A DNA stretch of 64,000 nucleotides from Leptogorgia sarmentosa. Its lineage: Eukaryota. This document shows, piece by piece, positions 62,342 to 64,000 of the stretch; within the stretch, counting starts at the first letter, position 1; each line of letters opens with the position of its first letter. Made by a program: the position numbers and the translations under genes. Under the pieces are notes generated by a model. That model was not told the DNA's origin, ran no database searches, and worked only from the letters and a program-made list of their open reading frames with translations. Location: contig OZ210885.1 of the NCBI GenBank assembly GCA_964658305.1, positions 12,152,001 through 12,216,000 of the forward strand. The letters are read 5' to 3'.

Positions 62342-63039
62342 CACTGAGCTATACTGGAGATCGGGTCGTAATACAACGCCGTACAAAATAGTGTCGCCAA
62401 AAACATGGCGGATTTTAGCCAAATTTACGTTATTATGACGTAGTAAGTCCCCTATTTCAGGGGACTAACCACTGACCAAATAACATTGCCGAAAGTGAGC
62501 AGTTTTCTCACCCCCTGTCTGAAAATAAAATACTAAAATACCAGCTAATATCACGTCAAAGTTTTAAATTCAAAACAATATTTCGTTGAATTTTGTTGAT
62601 TATCAACATGCCGCGTTTTTGCACACATAGTTGGCGACGGTCGGTCACTTATTTGCTGAACTACATTTAATTTCAGATAAATTACGGATGCCACAACTCC
62701 TTTGTCAAGTGCTCAACTCCTCTTTAATCAATCGCGTTCGCTATTTATAGGCGCGTACATCGACAAATACAACAATATATTTTTGAGATGTAAGAGAATT
62801 TTAATACTTTATCTCAATTCTTTGAAAAAATATCAAAACAGCAATGCAGTATATATTTATATATAAAATCGTACCGTAAAATCCAGGGAGGGTTGGAAAC
62901 GGCGCCTGCACACACTTCAACTGTGGTAGGTAATTACCATCATGAGAATAGGGGACGTGTGACGTAAAATCCGCCATGTTTTTGGCGACACTTCAAAGTG
63001 GAGAGCCCGATCTCCAGATATATTAAGTATAGCTCAGTG
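62342..63039. mobile_element. Non-autonomous DNA transposon (hAT/P-like), 8-bp TSD
   Basis: CACTGAGCTATAC / GTATAGCTCAGTG; inner inverted repeat GTGTCGCCAAAAACATGGCGGATTTT; exact TSD ATCGAAAT. Confidence 0.85.
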
Positions 63040-64000
63040 ATCGAAATATTTTTAATACAGCAAATATCGTTTTATGTCATAACGTACAGTCTTTACCGTG
63101 TAAAAGTACGAAACATAAAAGCGTAAAGATTTTTGTTCCATAATAATGATCTTCTATGAATTTAATTGAGAAGAAGAAAGCGTGGTGAACCCATGAGTAA
63201 ACACACTAAATTGCAATCCATCTTGATATACTGTAGGTCATATTAATTAATTATTCGAATTTTCTGATGCATACAATTTTATTTGTCAAATGGAAACCAC
63301 TTTCTTGTTTACTCATCCTAACTTAATGTGAAACAAATTTCATACGCAGATCTTGATCAACGTATTTTTCAAGTTAAATCCTCACTACAATATCACTTGA
63401 GTGGCAAGCTAAAACATTACATCTGGCAAATATCTGTCTCAACGCGTCTTTGCGCACAATAGCTAATCTCAATGGCTTTGAAGGTCAACTTGTCAAGTAT
63501 GTTTGATATTATTGTAGCTACGATATAAAGCAAAACAGAAAAACGATGTAATAAATGTTTTGGTGATTGTAATAAATGTACTGGTGTCCAAAAGAATGAG
63601 GCCCTAGCTGTTATGGAAAATTCGCATTGCAAACATTTCTTTGAAGCCGCGACACATATGAAATATGATATTTGATACGAATTGCGTTTATAATGTGCTA
63701 GACTGACACAGCGAGCTAGCAACCGAAATGTTTTGAATTGTATGAAGCGCATAAAACGTCTTTAAGGCAATATGAATGCTCACTCCAATAGCTGCATTTA
63801 GGGATGGAAAATAACCACTCATTCAATGTCGTCTCTATCAATCACGTTATTCATTTATAAGTAGAAGTGCTAAATCTTCTAGTCTGGCTCATTTCCTAAG
63901 CCTACCTCGATCTCCATAAGTCCATAAAGTTCCGCGTTTATGTATCGCAGCTTTTCAAACACTGATATACGTCTGCGTTGTGCATATGTCAATTTATCAA

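Overview
AT-rich eukaryotic (animal) genomic DNA. It has spliceosomal introns, Pol III tRNA genes and many DNA transposons; the repeat and gene content suggests a marine invertebrate such as a cnidarian (inference only). Layout: (1) 1-1978, a 26-bp satellite with a ~390-bp higher-order period. (2) 4705-7298, an IS630/Tc1-type element with ~410-bp TIRs and one nonsense codon. (3) Two dense, mutually duplicated tRNA gene/pseudogene clusters (7.4-15.7 kb, 27.3-31.4 kb); two tRNA genes are split by different 9-bp-TSD transposons at almost the same tRNA position. (4) A convergent gene pair sitting inside a split repeat element: a TPR-like/J-domain gene interrupted by an intact PIF/Harbinger-group transposon, and prefoldin 4 with a U12-type intron. 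It is followed by a virus-like double-RING ORF and a Polinton-like terminus. (5) A 7-exon, ~1496-aa predicted gene joining HEPN, truncated NACHT, DED, CHY zinc finger and RING domains, the most unusual item. (6) A ~10-kb apparently intact EnSpm/CACTA element with a divergent BEN-domain gene and palindromic subterminal arrays. (7) Many MITEs with clear TSDs. Gene models and domain calls were made by eye and need RNA-seq and HMM confirmation.
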